Position numbers and translations under genes: made by a program. Source: Selaginella moellendorffii (lineage: Eukaryota > Plantae > Lycopodiophyta). From it: a DNA stretch of 64,000 nt. The stretch spans positions 1,260,431-1,324,430 of the forward strand of contig NW_003314293.1 of assembly GCF_000143415.4 (NCBI RefSeq), written 5' to 3'. Every line of letters starts with the position of its first letter. Within the stretch, counting starts at the first letter, position 1. The notes under the pieces were generated by a model. That model was not told where the DNA came from. It did no database searches and worked only from the letters and a program-made list of their open reading frames with translations. This document shows positions 51,131 to 62,336 of this stretch, piece after piece.

Positions 51131-52616
51131 ATGGAGCCGGGGCAAGCGTGGGCTCTAGAGGTCGAGTGTCGCGCGGCCAAGGCTGGCAAGGACGCGCTCA
51201 AGCGTCTGGGATGGCTGGATTCAGGGCGCCGGAGCCAGCTGACCTGCGATGGGTCCAAGGTAGCGTTTCCAGTGACAATGCAGGGCGCCCAGGCGCTACT
51301 CTCGATTTTTGGAGGAGAGAGAGGCCAAGATCAGTGCGAGCAGCTTGTTGGTTCTCCCGGAGCAAGCCTTGTTTCGTTGGAGCTGCCGGGAAATCGAAGA
51401 AGTAGCATCGCTCCCCAGCAAAGATTGAGTAAAGAGGTGTTGCTGTTGCTCCAGGAGCGGGACCTTGACGAGGCGCTCGTGGAAGAGCTTCCAACGAAGT
51501 AAGTCATTGTTCTCGTGGTAAAGTGCTAAGTCTCAGGAGACTTTCCAGGTGGGAAAGAATCGGTGATCTCGTAATTCTTCCGGGGAGCTCACTGCGGAGC
51601 GAGCTCTGGAAATCTCTAGGATCTCCGCTGTGGAAAATCATAGCAGAGTGCCTTGGTGTAACCAAAGTAGCACGTCAAGTAAGTAGAGATTGCTTTCTCT
51701 TTGATTATTCTATAGATACAATAGATGTTTCCAGGGCCCGGTTGCCTCGACTGGAACGAGAGACAGTGGAGTGGAAATGCTGCTGGGCGAGGATGGCTGG
51801 GTTGAGCACCGAGAAAACGCTATTCTCTATTGCTTCGATGCCACCAAGTGCATGTTTTCTTCTGGAAACGTGACTGAGCGCTCGAGGATGGGAGAACTTA
51901 ACTGTGACAACGATGTGATTGTGGATCTCTTTGCCGGTATTGGCTACTTTGTGTTGCCATTCCTCGTGAGGTAGTTGATCGAGCAGCTTTTCTCTTACGC
52001 TGACAAATGTTTCTCTCCTTCCTTTTGGTTTTCACAAGGGCCAGAGCGAAGCACGTCTATGCATGCGAATGGAATCCACACGCTCTCTACGCTTTGCGCC
52101 GGAACTTGCGTGCCAGTGCTGTCGAGAAACGGTGTACCGTCATTGAAGGTGACAATCGGCTCACTGCTCCTCGGGTAAATGCGTTAAGCTTGGAGAAAAG
52201 ATTTACAAGGCTTTACTTGGCAGGAAGTTGCTGATAGAGTGTGCTTGGGACTTCTCCCCTCGAGCGAAGGAAGCTGGGCTGTGGCAGTGAGAGCTCTAAA
52301 GTAACCGTGATTTCTTTCATTTGCGTACAAGTTTCCTCACTTCTTCTTTCAGGTCAGGCGGTGGAATTCTTCACGTTCACGAAAACATCAAGGACGTCGA
52401 AGAGGAGGACTGGATTGAGTACCTCACTAAGTCCCTCCAGACACTTGCAAACGCACAGGGTTCGTGATCGCTCTTCTTTTACTTATTTGGATCACGTTGA
52501 TGATAGGAAGAAGCTGGGAGATCCGTGTGAACCACATCGAGCACGTCAAGTGGTATGCTCCACACGTACGTCACATTGTAGCAGACGTATGGTGCAGTTC
52601 ATTCAAAGAAACGTGA
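51131..52616 (+). CDS. TYW2: tRNA wybutosine-synthesizing protein 2 (Trm5/Met10+-like SAM-dependent transferase), ~7 exons
   Basis: LPT/WERIGDLVIL, HRENAILYCFDATKCMFSSGNVTER, VDLFAGIGYF, VYACEWNPHA, ADRVCLGLLPSSE, GGILHVHEN, VKWYAPHVRHIVADV. Confidence 0.9.
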
Positions 52617-53044
52617 TAGGTATAGAAGCTCTCCAACTCTTTTTGCTCCAAAGAACCTTTTTCGTAGGAAAAACTAATATAATATTGGTTTAATGCAATC
52701 CAATGGTAGCTGAGGAAAGCAGAGGCTTCGTCATTGAAATCAGCTTTAAAGGTGAAGATTTTCAACAATGCTTTTGATAGTTTGGCGAGCACTGCTTCTC
52801 GGAGTTCCACAATGAAGAAATCTTGATGGCGATTCACAGACCGCTGGTTTGAACTAGTAGTTATGGTATTCCCGCGGAAATAGTAAATACCACCAAAATG
52901 TATTAAGGCTCTCACACTCTCTCACTATGTTGTCTCTTCTCTCTCTACTTTGTGTCAACAGTAATTTCATTAGTGATATATTTATATTTAGTGATCATTA
53001 TTTAATGACATAACCAAATTATAATAATTAACTTAACAAAAGGA

Positions 53045-53530
53045 GTGGAACAGTTGGAGCCGTTGACTAAGGCGAGATGGTCGTTGACCCGCGTGAAATT
53101 GGCGTTGACAGGAGCCACTGCTGAATTGGCGGATCCTCCCTCCGCTGCGTCTCAGTTTGGAGACTCCAACCTATTTCCCTCCAGCAGCGTCAATCCCAGA
53201 GGCTCCCTGCCGCCAACCAGGGACGTGCCAAAAAGGGCGGGATTGGCGATGACGGGCGCCACTGCTGGATCTTTGGCACGTCCCTGGTTGGCGGCAGGGA
53301 GCCTCTGGGATCGACGCTGCTGGAGGGAAATAGATTGGAGTCTCCAAACTGAGACGCAGCGGAGGGTTTGGACGGAGACCTCCGGGAGGTACTCGTTGAG
53401 CAGCGATTATTGGCTCGTGAGGCGAAGTGTGGAGTAAGAAGACGAGCAGCTATGGCCTGACGTATACGGATGGGCTGGCTATGGAAGACAGTGGCCACGT
53501 GGGGGTGTACATAACACGCATATGGTCCAG
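53045..53530 (+). pseudogene. Rearranged fragment of the bulb-lectin gene containing a 95-bp inverted duplication
   Basis: Homologous to the reverse complement of 54815-55240, with deletions. Confidence 0.8.
53138..53366. repeat. Long hairpin: arms 53138-53232 and 53272-53366 (95 bp, ~2 mismatches), 39-nt loop
   Basis: Arm 1 ccctccgctgcgtctcagtttgg...gacgtgccaaa is the reverse complement of arm 2 tttggcacgtc...gagacgcagcggaggg. Confidence 0.9.
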
Positions 53531-54106
53531 CTACCCTTGATTGTCTTAAACACCTTAGACTCTTCTCTGAGGAAACAGCAGAAATTGGAGGCCCTGGTGA
53601 TCGTTGACGAGGATGATGACCTTGAGTTTGAAAGCCGGTATTATTTGCGAGTTGGTTCTTAGTTGTATACTCGGCATCCAAAAAATATGCCTCGACTCAA
53701 GTTTGATGACTACTCATCACCATCACGTGTTATTACACCAAGCTGCTTGTCTTGTTTAATCACTGATTCGTGCAAAACCGTGACACAACATCACACTGGG
53801 GCATCCAGGAACATGTCTCGACCCCGAGCAAAGTCTGAAGGCTCCTTCGCTGCAGCAGTGGCGGTGATCATCGAATTCATGGTGACTATATCCCAGGTAC
53901 ATCGAAGAATTCCCTGCAAGCGATAATGCTCGCATGGTAGCGGCTCCAGTGACATTGCATGGCGACGATCGTTTTAGAGGAAGGTCAAGATCAGTCGAGC
54001 TGCCATGAACTGCCCAGCAAAGATGCTTCAGCAGTGAGGTCTTCACGTGTGGAAGAGTTTCCAATAAATGTACAGTAGGAGATTTTAAGGCTCACCAGCC
54101 AGTTTT

Positions 54107-54570
54107 AGAAATCTCTAGGATCTCCGCTGTGGAAAATGGTGTGATGAAAGTAGCACATCATGAAGTAGCTCTTTGACTGTTCTATAGATACCATCGATGT
54201 TTCCAGACCCGGTTGCCTCGACTGGAACGAGAGACATTGGAGTAGAATTGCTGCTTGGCGAGGATGGCCGGGCTGAGCGCTATTCTTTCGATGCCACTAA
54301 GTGCATGTTTTCTTCTGTAAGCGCTCGGGGATGGGAGAACTTCGTACGATATGGTTGTGGATCTAGGTATGGCTACTTTGTATTGCCTTGTCTTGCCTTT
54401 TGATATGCATGCGATGGAATCAGGTCCCACCGTGAATCCCCATGCTCGCCAGCATCGAGAGTTCTTCCTTGCAGCTCCAAGGCCATTGCTTGTGGCGTCC
54501 TTGGCTCATCCACTCATTCTTATCTTATGCGTGAACCACGTCAGCAACGTCCGTCACATTGTACCGGAGT
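54107..54570 (+). pseudogene. Partial decayed duplicate of TYW2 that retains intron sequence
   Basis: gaaatctctaggatctccgctgtggaaaat, ccggttgcctcgactggaacgagagac and tcgatgccactaagtgcatgttttcttctg match 51610-51870; deletions and frameshifts. Confidence 0.8.
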
Positions 54571-54805
54571 GCACATATCACAAGCTCATCAGTTGCATTA
54601 GCTAGTTACGAGCTCGTAACTAGCTAAAAAAAAATTTCATAGCTCGTACTCTTTCTAAGGAGAGGACTTTAGCAGTCATTCAACGGCGGGTGATCCATTG
54701 GAGAACACGTAAGAACTTACTAAATGCTATATTAGAAACTCGATTCCAAACAGATAGCTTCTCACAAACTCATCCCCAGCTCTGTATAAGCACATGCCTT
54801 ACAAT

Positions 54806-55813
54806 CTATGGACTTGACCATATGCGTGTTCCAGAGTCCGTGATGTAAACACCCGCATGGCCACTGTTTTCCATAGCCAGCCCATATGTATACTTCAGCC
54901 CATAGCTGCTCGTCTTCTTACTCCACACTTCGCCTCGCGAGCCAATAATCGCCAAAACTCCATACTCGTTGAGATGCAGGTAACATCCCGAGTCCCTCCC
55001 GGAGGTCTCCGTGCCCCACACCCTCCGGTGCGTCTCCCTCACACTCACCACCAGCGCGCAGTCAGTCTCCATGGTGAGCACGAACAGCAAGTTTGGAGAC
55101 TCCAATCTATTTCCCTCCAACAGCGTCGATCCCAGATGTTCCCTGCCGCCAACCAGGGACGTGCCAAAGATCCAGCAGTGGCGCCCGTCAACGTCAATCC
55201 CGCGCGGGTCAATGACCGTCTCGCCCGCATCAGCGGCTCCATCATCCAAGATTTTAGACTGTGGAAGATAAAGAAGTGTAAGATCAAGGGTGCCGCTGCC
55301 ACTACCGGTACCTGGCTCTTCCTCAAAAGGAGTGTCTCGCAGCTCATACTCGATTCCAAAATAGCGGAGAACCAGGTTGACGTGGCCGTACCACATGTTG
55401 ACAATTGGATCCAAGTCCTGGATCGTGTCACGGATCTCCTCCAACATCGTCGTGATGCTCTGGATGAGCTCGCGGCCCCCGGCGCTGGTGCGGCTGGGCG
55501 CCACTGTGCAGATGTCACTGTTCTCCATGAAAGCTCGGTTGTACAGCCACAGCCTCACCCGCACAAACGCATTTTGGGTGTATTCCACGACGAAGGACAT
55601 GCTCCGCCCTGTGCCGTAGCCAGCGTCAGGGTTCAGGGACCTCAGGTACTCTTCGATGCGGCTTATGAGATCCAGGACGTGGGTGATAGCAAGCTGGCCA
55701 AATCGCAGCCTGAACCTGAAGATTCCACGGAATGGAATCCCCGGAGGTGGCTGTGCAATGCAGGGACAAGCAAGTGACATGAGTAGAGCAAGTGACACAA
55801 GGCTGGTTCTCAT
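54806..55813 (-). CDS. Intronless secreted protein: signal peptide + ~190-aa unrecognised domain + C-terminal bulb-type (GNA/B-) lectin domain
   Basis: MRTSLVSLALLMSLACPCIA signal; STLLEGNRLESPN..FVLTMETDCALVV..RVWGTETSG..CYLHLNEYGVLAI...LAMENSGHAGVY...IWSSP. Confidence 0.75.
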   Translation of the reverse strand: MRTSLVSLALLMSLACPCIAQPPPGIPFRGIFRFRLRFGQLAITHVLDLISRIEEYLRSLNPDAGYGTGRSMSFVVEYTQNAFVRVRLWLYNRAFMENSDICTVAPSRTSAGGRELIQSITTMLEEIRDTIQDLDPIVNMWYGHVNLVLRYFGIEYELRDTPFEEEPGTGSGSGTLDLTLLYLPQSKILDDGAADAGETVIDPRGIDVDGRHCWIFGTSLVGGREHLGSTLLEGNRLESPNLLFVLTMETDCALVVSVRETHRRVWGTETSGRDSGCYLHLNEYGVLAIIGSRGEVWSKKTSSYGLKYTYGLAMENSGHAGVYITDSGTRIWSSP

Positions 55814-56159
55814 GATTGGCCTCAACAATTTTCCACATCAACTTAATTGAGCACAAATAATTGTTTTTATATGTTTTAATTATTTCATATCCATCTATGT
55901 ATGTGTGTTGGCTCTAGCGCATATGCTTGAACGCTCAACAACTATCCCAGGAATTTGCGCGCTTAACAAAGCCAGGAAAGCAGTGGTTTCTGGCAACATT
56001 CTGAGAATATCCCTTCACTATTTAAAGTCTATCATCCGGACTATATGTAAAGGCATGCCCATCGTTGTGAGCGCCCTTGGATCCTTACAAGGCATGTCCC
56101 TTGTCCCATGCTCTGTGCTGGAACTTGAGCGCAAGTGAAGTTCAAGGAACAGTATATTG

Positions 56160-56310
56160 TCAATTAGCTCACTGCTCCTGGGGTGAATGCATTTATTCTT
56201 GGAGAAAAGATTTACAAAGGGTTTGCATTCTTTGCAGAAAGTGCTGATAGAGTATGCCCGGGTGAAGGAAGATGGGCTATGGCAATGAGAGCTCTAAAGA
56301 AACAGCTATT
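56160..56310 (+). pseudogene. Second TYW2 fragment
   Basis: gctcactgctcct..ttggagaaaagatttacaa..gctgatagagt..gagagctctaaag matches 52158-52302. Confidence 0.7.
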
Positions 56311-56649
56311 TTCTTTTATTTGGTTTTCATAAGATCTTTATCAATGAGTTTAAATTTGTAAGGGAAACAAATTAAAGGGAAAGGGCCTAAAATGAATAAA
56401 ACTGCAATTTAGTATTAAACAATAGACTAGAGTACTATATCTGTGACCGCTCTATGGAAGAAACTAGACGCATATGAGGTACCAGGAGTCATGAAATCTT
56501 GCTCAAAGCTGGCACAAGTGACACTACAAAGCTTTGGAAGTGGTTTGTTGATGAATACAACCAACATTTGGACATGGAGGTGATGAGAATTCATTCTTAG
56601 ATCACGTATACATGACAAGGACATTCAAGCACACACATAAATGTTGAAC

Positions 56650-58560
56650 AAGCTCTTCTCAGATCTCGGGAAACGAGCATGAAGTCCCTGAATCCATGAA
56701 GAAGATCCAGCTTTAAAAGTCATTGCCAAGAGAGTGGGATGGGATGATGAGAGAGGGCAACTTCACCTTTGATGGGGTTATAGTGAAAGCTTATCAACTT
56801 TTCATTGTTGCAAGGAAGGAAAGATCAAACCACCAGCCAGGCTATATATGCCAAAAAAGCGCCAATGAAGGCTATGGTTGAAGGAATGGAAGGTAAGGAT
56901 GCTGAGAATGCCACAACTAGAGATGAGCATTGTGCATATGACTACCTCAATAATGTTTTGGAAAATTTGATAAGAGGAACCATGTGATAAGATTGAGGAA
57001 GAAAGTCAAGGTCTAGAGTGGTCTTAGGCAATGATACTCAGTTTAGGATCCATGTTCCATGTTTTTGAACTTTTCAAGAGTTCACCAAATCTAGTATTAC
57101 TCAAACCAAAAAATGTATAATTTTATGTATTGCAAAACCCTTAACCATTTGGAAAAGCCATTTTTTAAGTCGTTCTTTTTGGTTTTTTTAAAAAATATTT
57201 ACAACAAAAATAACAATATCAATTGATAATAATGTATTCTTTATGGAAAAAACTAGCTCTGCATATTTGGGAAGAAGCTATTGTATGGATGACATCAAAG
57301 TAATCTTTAAGCAATAGGTAACAAATGTCAAATAAATGATAAATAACAGAAGCTCATATTTCTATAAAGCCTTGCACAAGCTGAAGGACATCATAGTAGG
57401 ATTGGATCTTAGGAGCAAGGTTAGACAAAACTTTTGTGAGTCTTGTATGCTGGAAAACCATCATTATCAAAACTTTACTTCATTAAAACATCAGAGTAGT
57501 TAGCCATTTGAGCTCCTTCACTTGAACTTAAGTGACTTTGGCACAAAGCACTTCATTACTTTTGTTGACAATTTTACTTGCCAGCAATGCTCAATCAAAT
57601 TTCTGCCCTAAAGACTTGCATTTTCTTTTTCTATAAGGAAAGAATGAAGTTATGGAAGCATTCAAGCACTATTAAGGCTTTCATCGAGATGAAGCTAGAA
57701 CAAAAGATTAAGGTATTGAGGACTGATGGGGAAAAAAGTATTGTAATAATGCCTTTTGAGATTTTTTGCTATGTAAATGGGATCTAGCATCAAATCAGTA
57801 GAAGTTAACATAGTGATATAGGAATTCAAGGCCATATTGTTAACTTTTATATCATCTTTCCTAAAGATGACTGCATGCAAAAGGTGGTGAAAGCAACATG
57901 CATAAGCTTCATGAATTCTAGTGCTAGCTATTCCTTTTGGGTTCTTAAGCTACAATATGATGGGACAAGTTATATTAAGAATGATCCATGCACAATACTA
58001 AAGTAATATGCCACTAGCATATTGTCTTAGAGGCATGCTTGATCCTGTGGAAATCCTCATTGGGCATCACAATATAAACTAGCTTTAAAAGTGTTGGAAG
58101 ATGCTATGTCTCTATCTTTCATTGATGAGAATATTCTTTCAACATTTGAGGAAGCTATATATAGTCTAGACTTTGGTTGTGGGTCTTCTTAAACACTCAT
58201 TTGAAGTTCATAAGCTTGTGATTATTTAGAGTAACACATTTGATCCTTGAAAAGGGACTCCATCTCATCTTGGATGTGGGAGGTATAGACTAGAATGAGA
58301 CATGTTTTTTAGTGGAGAAGATGATGAGATATAAACAATCTTAGCCATCACAAAATGCCAAAGAATTGTAGAGTCCACTAAATGAATGTGAAGACTTTAA
58401 CAAATGATGGTATATAGTCTAAAGAAATCTTCACATATATGGTACCAAAAGTTTGACAAGGCACTACTTAGATAAGGATTTCACCCTATTGCTGCTAAAA
58501 ACCCTCTCTTTACAACCTTTAGTGGGGTTTAGATTTCATTTCCTCAAAAGGTATGTAGCT
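56650..58560 (+). mobile_element. Heavily decayed Ty1/copia internal region
   Basis: FCESCML..H, HFITFVDNF, KIKVLRTDG integrase remnants, RT remnant VYSLKKSSHIWYQKF; ends approximate. Confidence 0.6.
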
Positions 58561-59049
58561 ATATCCTAAAAAGGCATGTGGCCCCTAAACCCTTAACCCA
58601 AAACTTGTCCATTTAGCCAGAAAGATTCCTTAGGCATTTTTGGAATTAATGTATTTTGTCTCATTAACTATTCTCTATAATTTAGGAGCATATGTTTTAA
58701 AAATAATTATTTATCAGTAAATGAAATTGCTCAATAAAACCTCTCTTTGAGTGTACAAGAAGAACAATATATAATCAATGTTCAAAAGTAAAAAAATCAT
58801 ATAATCAATATAGAAAATATTTTTTATTTATAGTATTAGCAAGAAAAAACATAAATGCATTTGAATTAACTTATGGATATTAAAATTAGAAAACATTTAA
58901 AGAAACAGGAAAAAAATTTAGATTCAGAAAAATAAGGCAAAATAGTTATAGAAGTTTTAGATAATAAGAAGGTATAATAATTCAAAAAGATAGTATATAT
59001 ACAGAATATATAAAATTATAATTAACAAACTAAATTCAAAAATTAAGAA

Positions 59050-61243
59050 TAAAATAAAATAGAAATTGTGAGTGTTTAAAATATAAAAATAAGTATATTT
59101 TTTGAGGTTTAGACCCCTGCTTATATATAAGAATGGATGGATCAAATTCAATTCCAAGATAGTCTATATATTATAGTACTATAATTAATGTATTACCTAG
59201 CCAAGGTAATACATATATATACATGCACCATACTCACCTTCAAATAATGAAAAGGTAATGACAATAAGTCATAGAACTTTTACTAAGTAATTATAAATTA
59301 CTATAAAAATATAAAGCTCTTACAAAACCACTAACAAAGTTGTTGACAACCATGACCAATTGTATACAGAGTTGCAACTAATTTATTAGGATTTTGTAGT
59401 TAACTTATGCTTGTGTAATAGCTTTGGATTTTGTTTAATCAAATACTTAAACCAATGATAAAGTCATGACTTTGAACCAAAACAAAGGATTGCAAGAAAT
59501 ATAATAATCAATAAAGCACTATTACAACAAATAACACATCCCATCTCTAAATTTACCTGTCAACAATTCTCCAAGACCACCATTAACTCATGTTTATAAC
59601 TATGAATATAATTTACCTTTGGGCCTTCCCTTTGGTAAACAACTGAGACCCATGTTAATTTAGACTTACAAATATCGTCCTTGTCCAATACCACACATAG
59701 GAGGTTAGACTCACTTAATTTGTATTCTACATCCTTTTTATCCTCTTTTTGAAGGAAAAAATTGTTTTGAAGCATAGGTTTTATTTGGATTTGCTACGTT
59801 TATTCTCATTCTACTATTTATGTTTAGCTTCACTTCACTATCACATTTGTTCGGCCTCACTATGTCAAAGTCGAATGTTTTGTTCAAACTTGTTTTATTC
59901 ATCCTCACTCTACAATCTATGTTGTTCATCTTTACTCCAATATCATATTTTCTTGTCCTCACTAGAGGAAGAAACATTGTGGAAGAAGAAAAAATTCAAT
60001 AATTGTCAAATTAGAAATGGAAAGAGAAGGAAATATATTCAAAGTCTAGAAAACAAAGAATTTGCTATAATAAAATATTTTGGCTAGTATAAAATAAGTA
60101 AGAGATTACATTGTTCAACCTTCTTAACACGCAATTCAACATTTGAGATAGGAAAATCAATAAAAAAAGTCTACACTCTCAAGAGAATATATAAACTCTT
60201 TAGTAGCAATGATGAAACAGAGGTTTTTAATGGCACTCATAATTGGGGATATGTATTCAATCTGAAACTCTGGCTAAAGTGACTCAAACCCTTGGAATAG
60301 AGGAATATTTAATATTAGAATTGATCAAAAACTCCACCAAAGAAACAAAAATAAGATTCTCAGCTTAATGTATATGCTCAATATTCAGATTAGTATAAGA
60401 AGGATAGAAAACACTCAATTTAACACTAGACTAAGAATGAGAATTATAAAAGTAAAAAATGATTAAAGTGCCAAGAGAAGGAAATATCGCGAAATTTCCA
60501 ACTCCTAATCTATATTATAAGCTATCTCCATAATAATCAAGTTCCCTATTATAATCCAAAATCTATTTGAACTTGTAAATATTGTTTCCTCATAAACTCA
60601 ATCCTCAAATATTCTTTAAAAACTAGATTGTATCATCTATAGTTCGTTAATTGATGTTATAATCACACTCCATAATGACAGAAGATGACAAAACACCAAG
60701 AATAACACAAACTATATAATCACATCCCACAGAAATTAGAGATAGTATCACACCCAAGATAGGTGCAACACCAATATAATCACACCACACAACACCAAAG
60801 GTTCAATTCAACAAAGTAGCAATAACAACCTTAAATAACATACTCCTTAATCGATGATAGTGTGGCATGGTAGAAGAAGATTAGCAATAAAGATCAAAAG
60901 AAAGAGTAAATCTAAACATAACAATAGCTAGAATTCTAGAATTTGCAAAAAGTTAATATAAATCTAAATTTAAAAGAAAATAAAGAAATAAAAACAAAAA
61001 ATACAATCCTGAATATTAAAGCAAAACAGTGCCAAAAAACTTTGCCCTTCAAGGACAAATTGCAATGCTTCTCATATTTACTAATATAAGTGCTCACGAT
61101 ATAAGAATAGGTATATTAATTGGGGTTTAGACCCTTGCTTATATATAAGAATGGATATACCAGATTCAATCCGAAATAGAGAGTCCATATGCTATAGTAA
61201 TATATAGTAATATAATTAATGTATTACCTAGCCAGAGTAATAC
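59050..61243 (-). mobile_element. Decayed non-autonomous LTR-like element with direct repeats ~59105-59213 and ~61123-61243
   Basis: ggtttagaccc..gcttatatataagaatggat...taattaatgtattacctagcca..gtaatac occurs twice; weak gag/protease-like remnants between. Confidence 0.5.
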
Positions 61244-61343
61244 GTGTGTGTATATATATATATATATGTATGTATGTATGTATATATATATCTATGTGTA
61301 TATGTGTATGTATATATATGTATGTCTATATATGTGTGTGTGT
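61244..61343. repeat. Compound (TA)/(TG)/(TATG) microsatellite
   Basis: Directly visible. Confidence 0.9.
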
Positions 61344-61704
61344 CTTTACAAATATGAAATACTAAAAAGATTTACCTAATTTTTTACAGGTTAATTTTCG
61401 AAGATATAAATATAAAATTATTTTTATTCTTAATATTATTAAATTTTTAAATGCATATTTGTATAATATTTCTGTATGGATACTATATATAATGTGGTTA
61501 GAAAATACAAGAAACAAAAATACATAAACAAGATACCTCACGCCAGATGGAATTCCACAAGAACCCTAGAAATTCCCGATTTGCACTCGTGGACTCGACA
61601 CTAGAATTGCGAGATTTAAAACTGTACTGTCTACGCACTCTTCATTTTTACCTCATCATTAAACCACTTTTCTGTTCCCTAAACTCCGAGTTGTAAATGA
61701 ACCC

Positions 61705-62150
61705 ATGGGCTTACACTTGCGAAGAACCGAGAGCAGTAGCATCTGCTCGGTAGCTCCAGGGGTAGCGAGCTCATCCAGAGCGTCAGGACGATTGGAGGCG
61801 ATCCGTGAGGAGCTCGAGGGTCTACCGGGACATGCGGTTGGTTCTCCGCTTCTTCAAGGACGAGCCAGGTGCCTTGATCTTAAACTTCTCGACCTTGCAA
61901 TCTATAATCTTGAATGATCGAGTCGCTGACCCGGGTGAGATGGTCGTTCACCCGCACCAGACTAGCGCCACTGCTGGATCTTTGGCAAGGAGCTCGACGC
62001 TGCCGGAGGGACAGATTTGAGTCTCCAAACAAGGTGTCGTGCTTATCATGGAGAGTAACTGTGTGCTGGTGGTGCGTGTGAGGGAGACGCACCGGAAGGT
62101 TTGGCTGGCTATGGAAGACAGTGGCTTCGAGCATGCATATGGTCAAGCTC
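61705..62150 (+). pseudogene. Decayed paralog of the lectin-domain gene (opposite orientation)
   Basis: RLEAIREELE, LVLRFF, LQSIILNDRVADPGEMVVHP, cgccactgctggatctttggca, MESNCVLVVRVRETHRKVW, LAMEDSG; frameshifts and deletions. Confidence 0.75.
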
Positions 62151-62336
62151 ATATATCCAGTTTGGAATCGAGCTCGAGTCGGGTTGCAAATGGCCGAGAG
62201 TGCTTCGCGACAATCGACCATTTTCTCCAGGCAATGGATCGCGATCGCGAGCGTGATCCTATTAACACACCTCTCTTCTTAAATGCTACCTAGGAAAAGA
62301 GTACGACTTTGCAAGTTATCAGGGTTTTTCTTTCGC

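Noticed and set aside
54857-55777. 306-aa plus-strand ORF
   Set aside because: Antisense shadow of the lectin gene with no motifs.
54806-55813. Type II ribosome-inactivating protein
   Set aside because: No EAARF-like catalytic motif, and the lectin is bulb-type rather than ricin-B.
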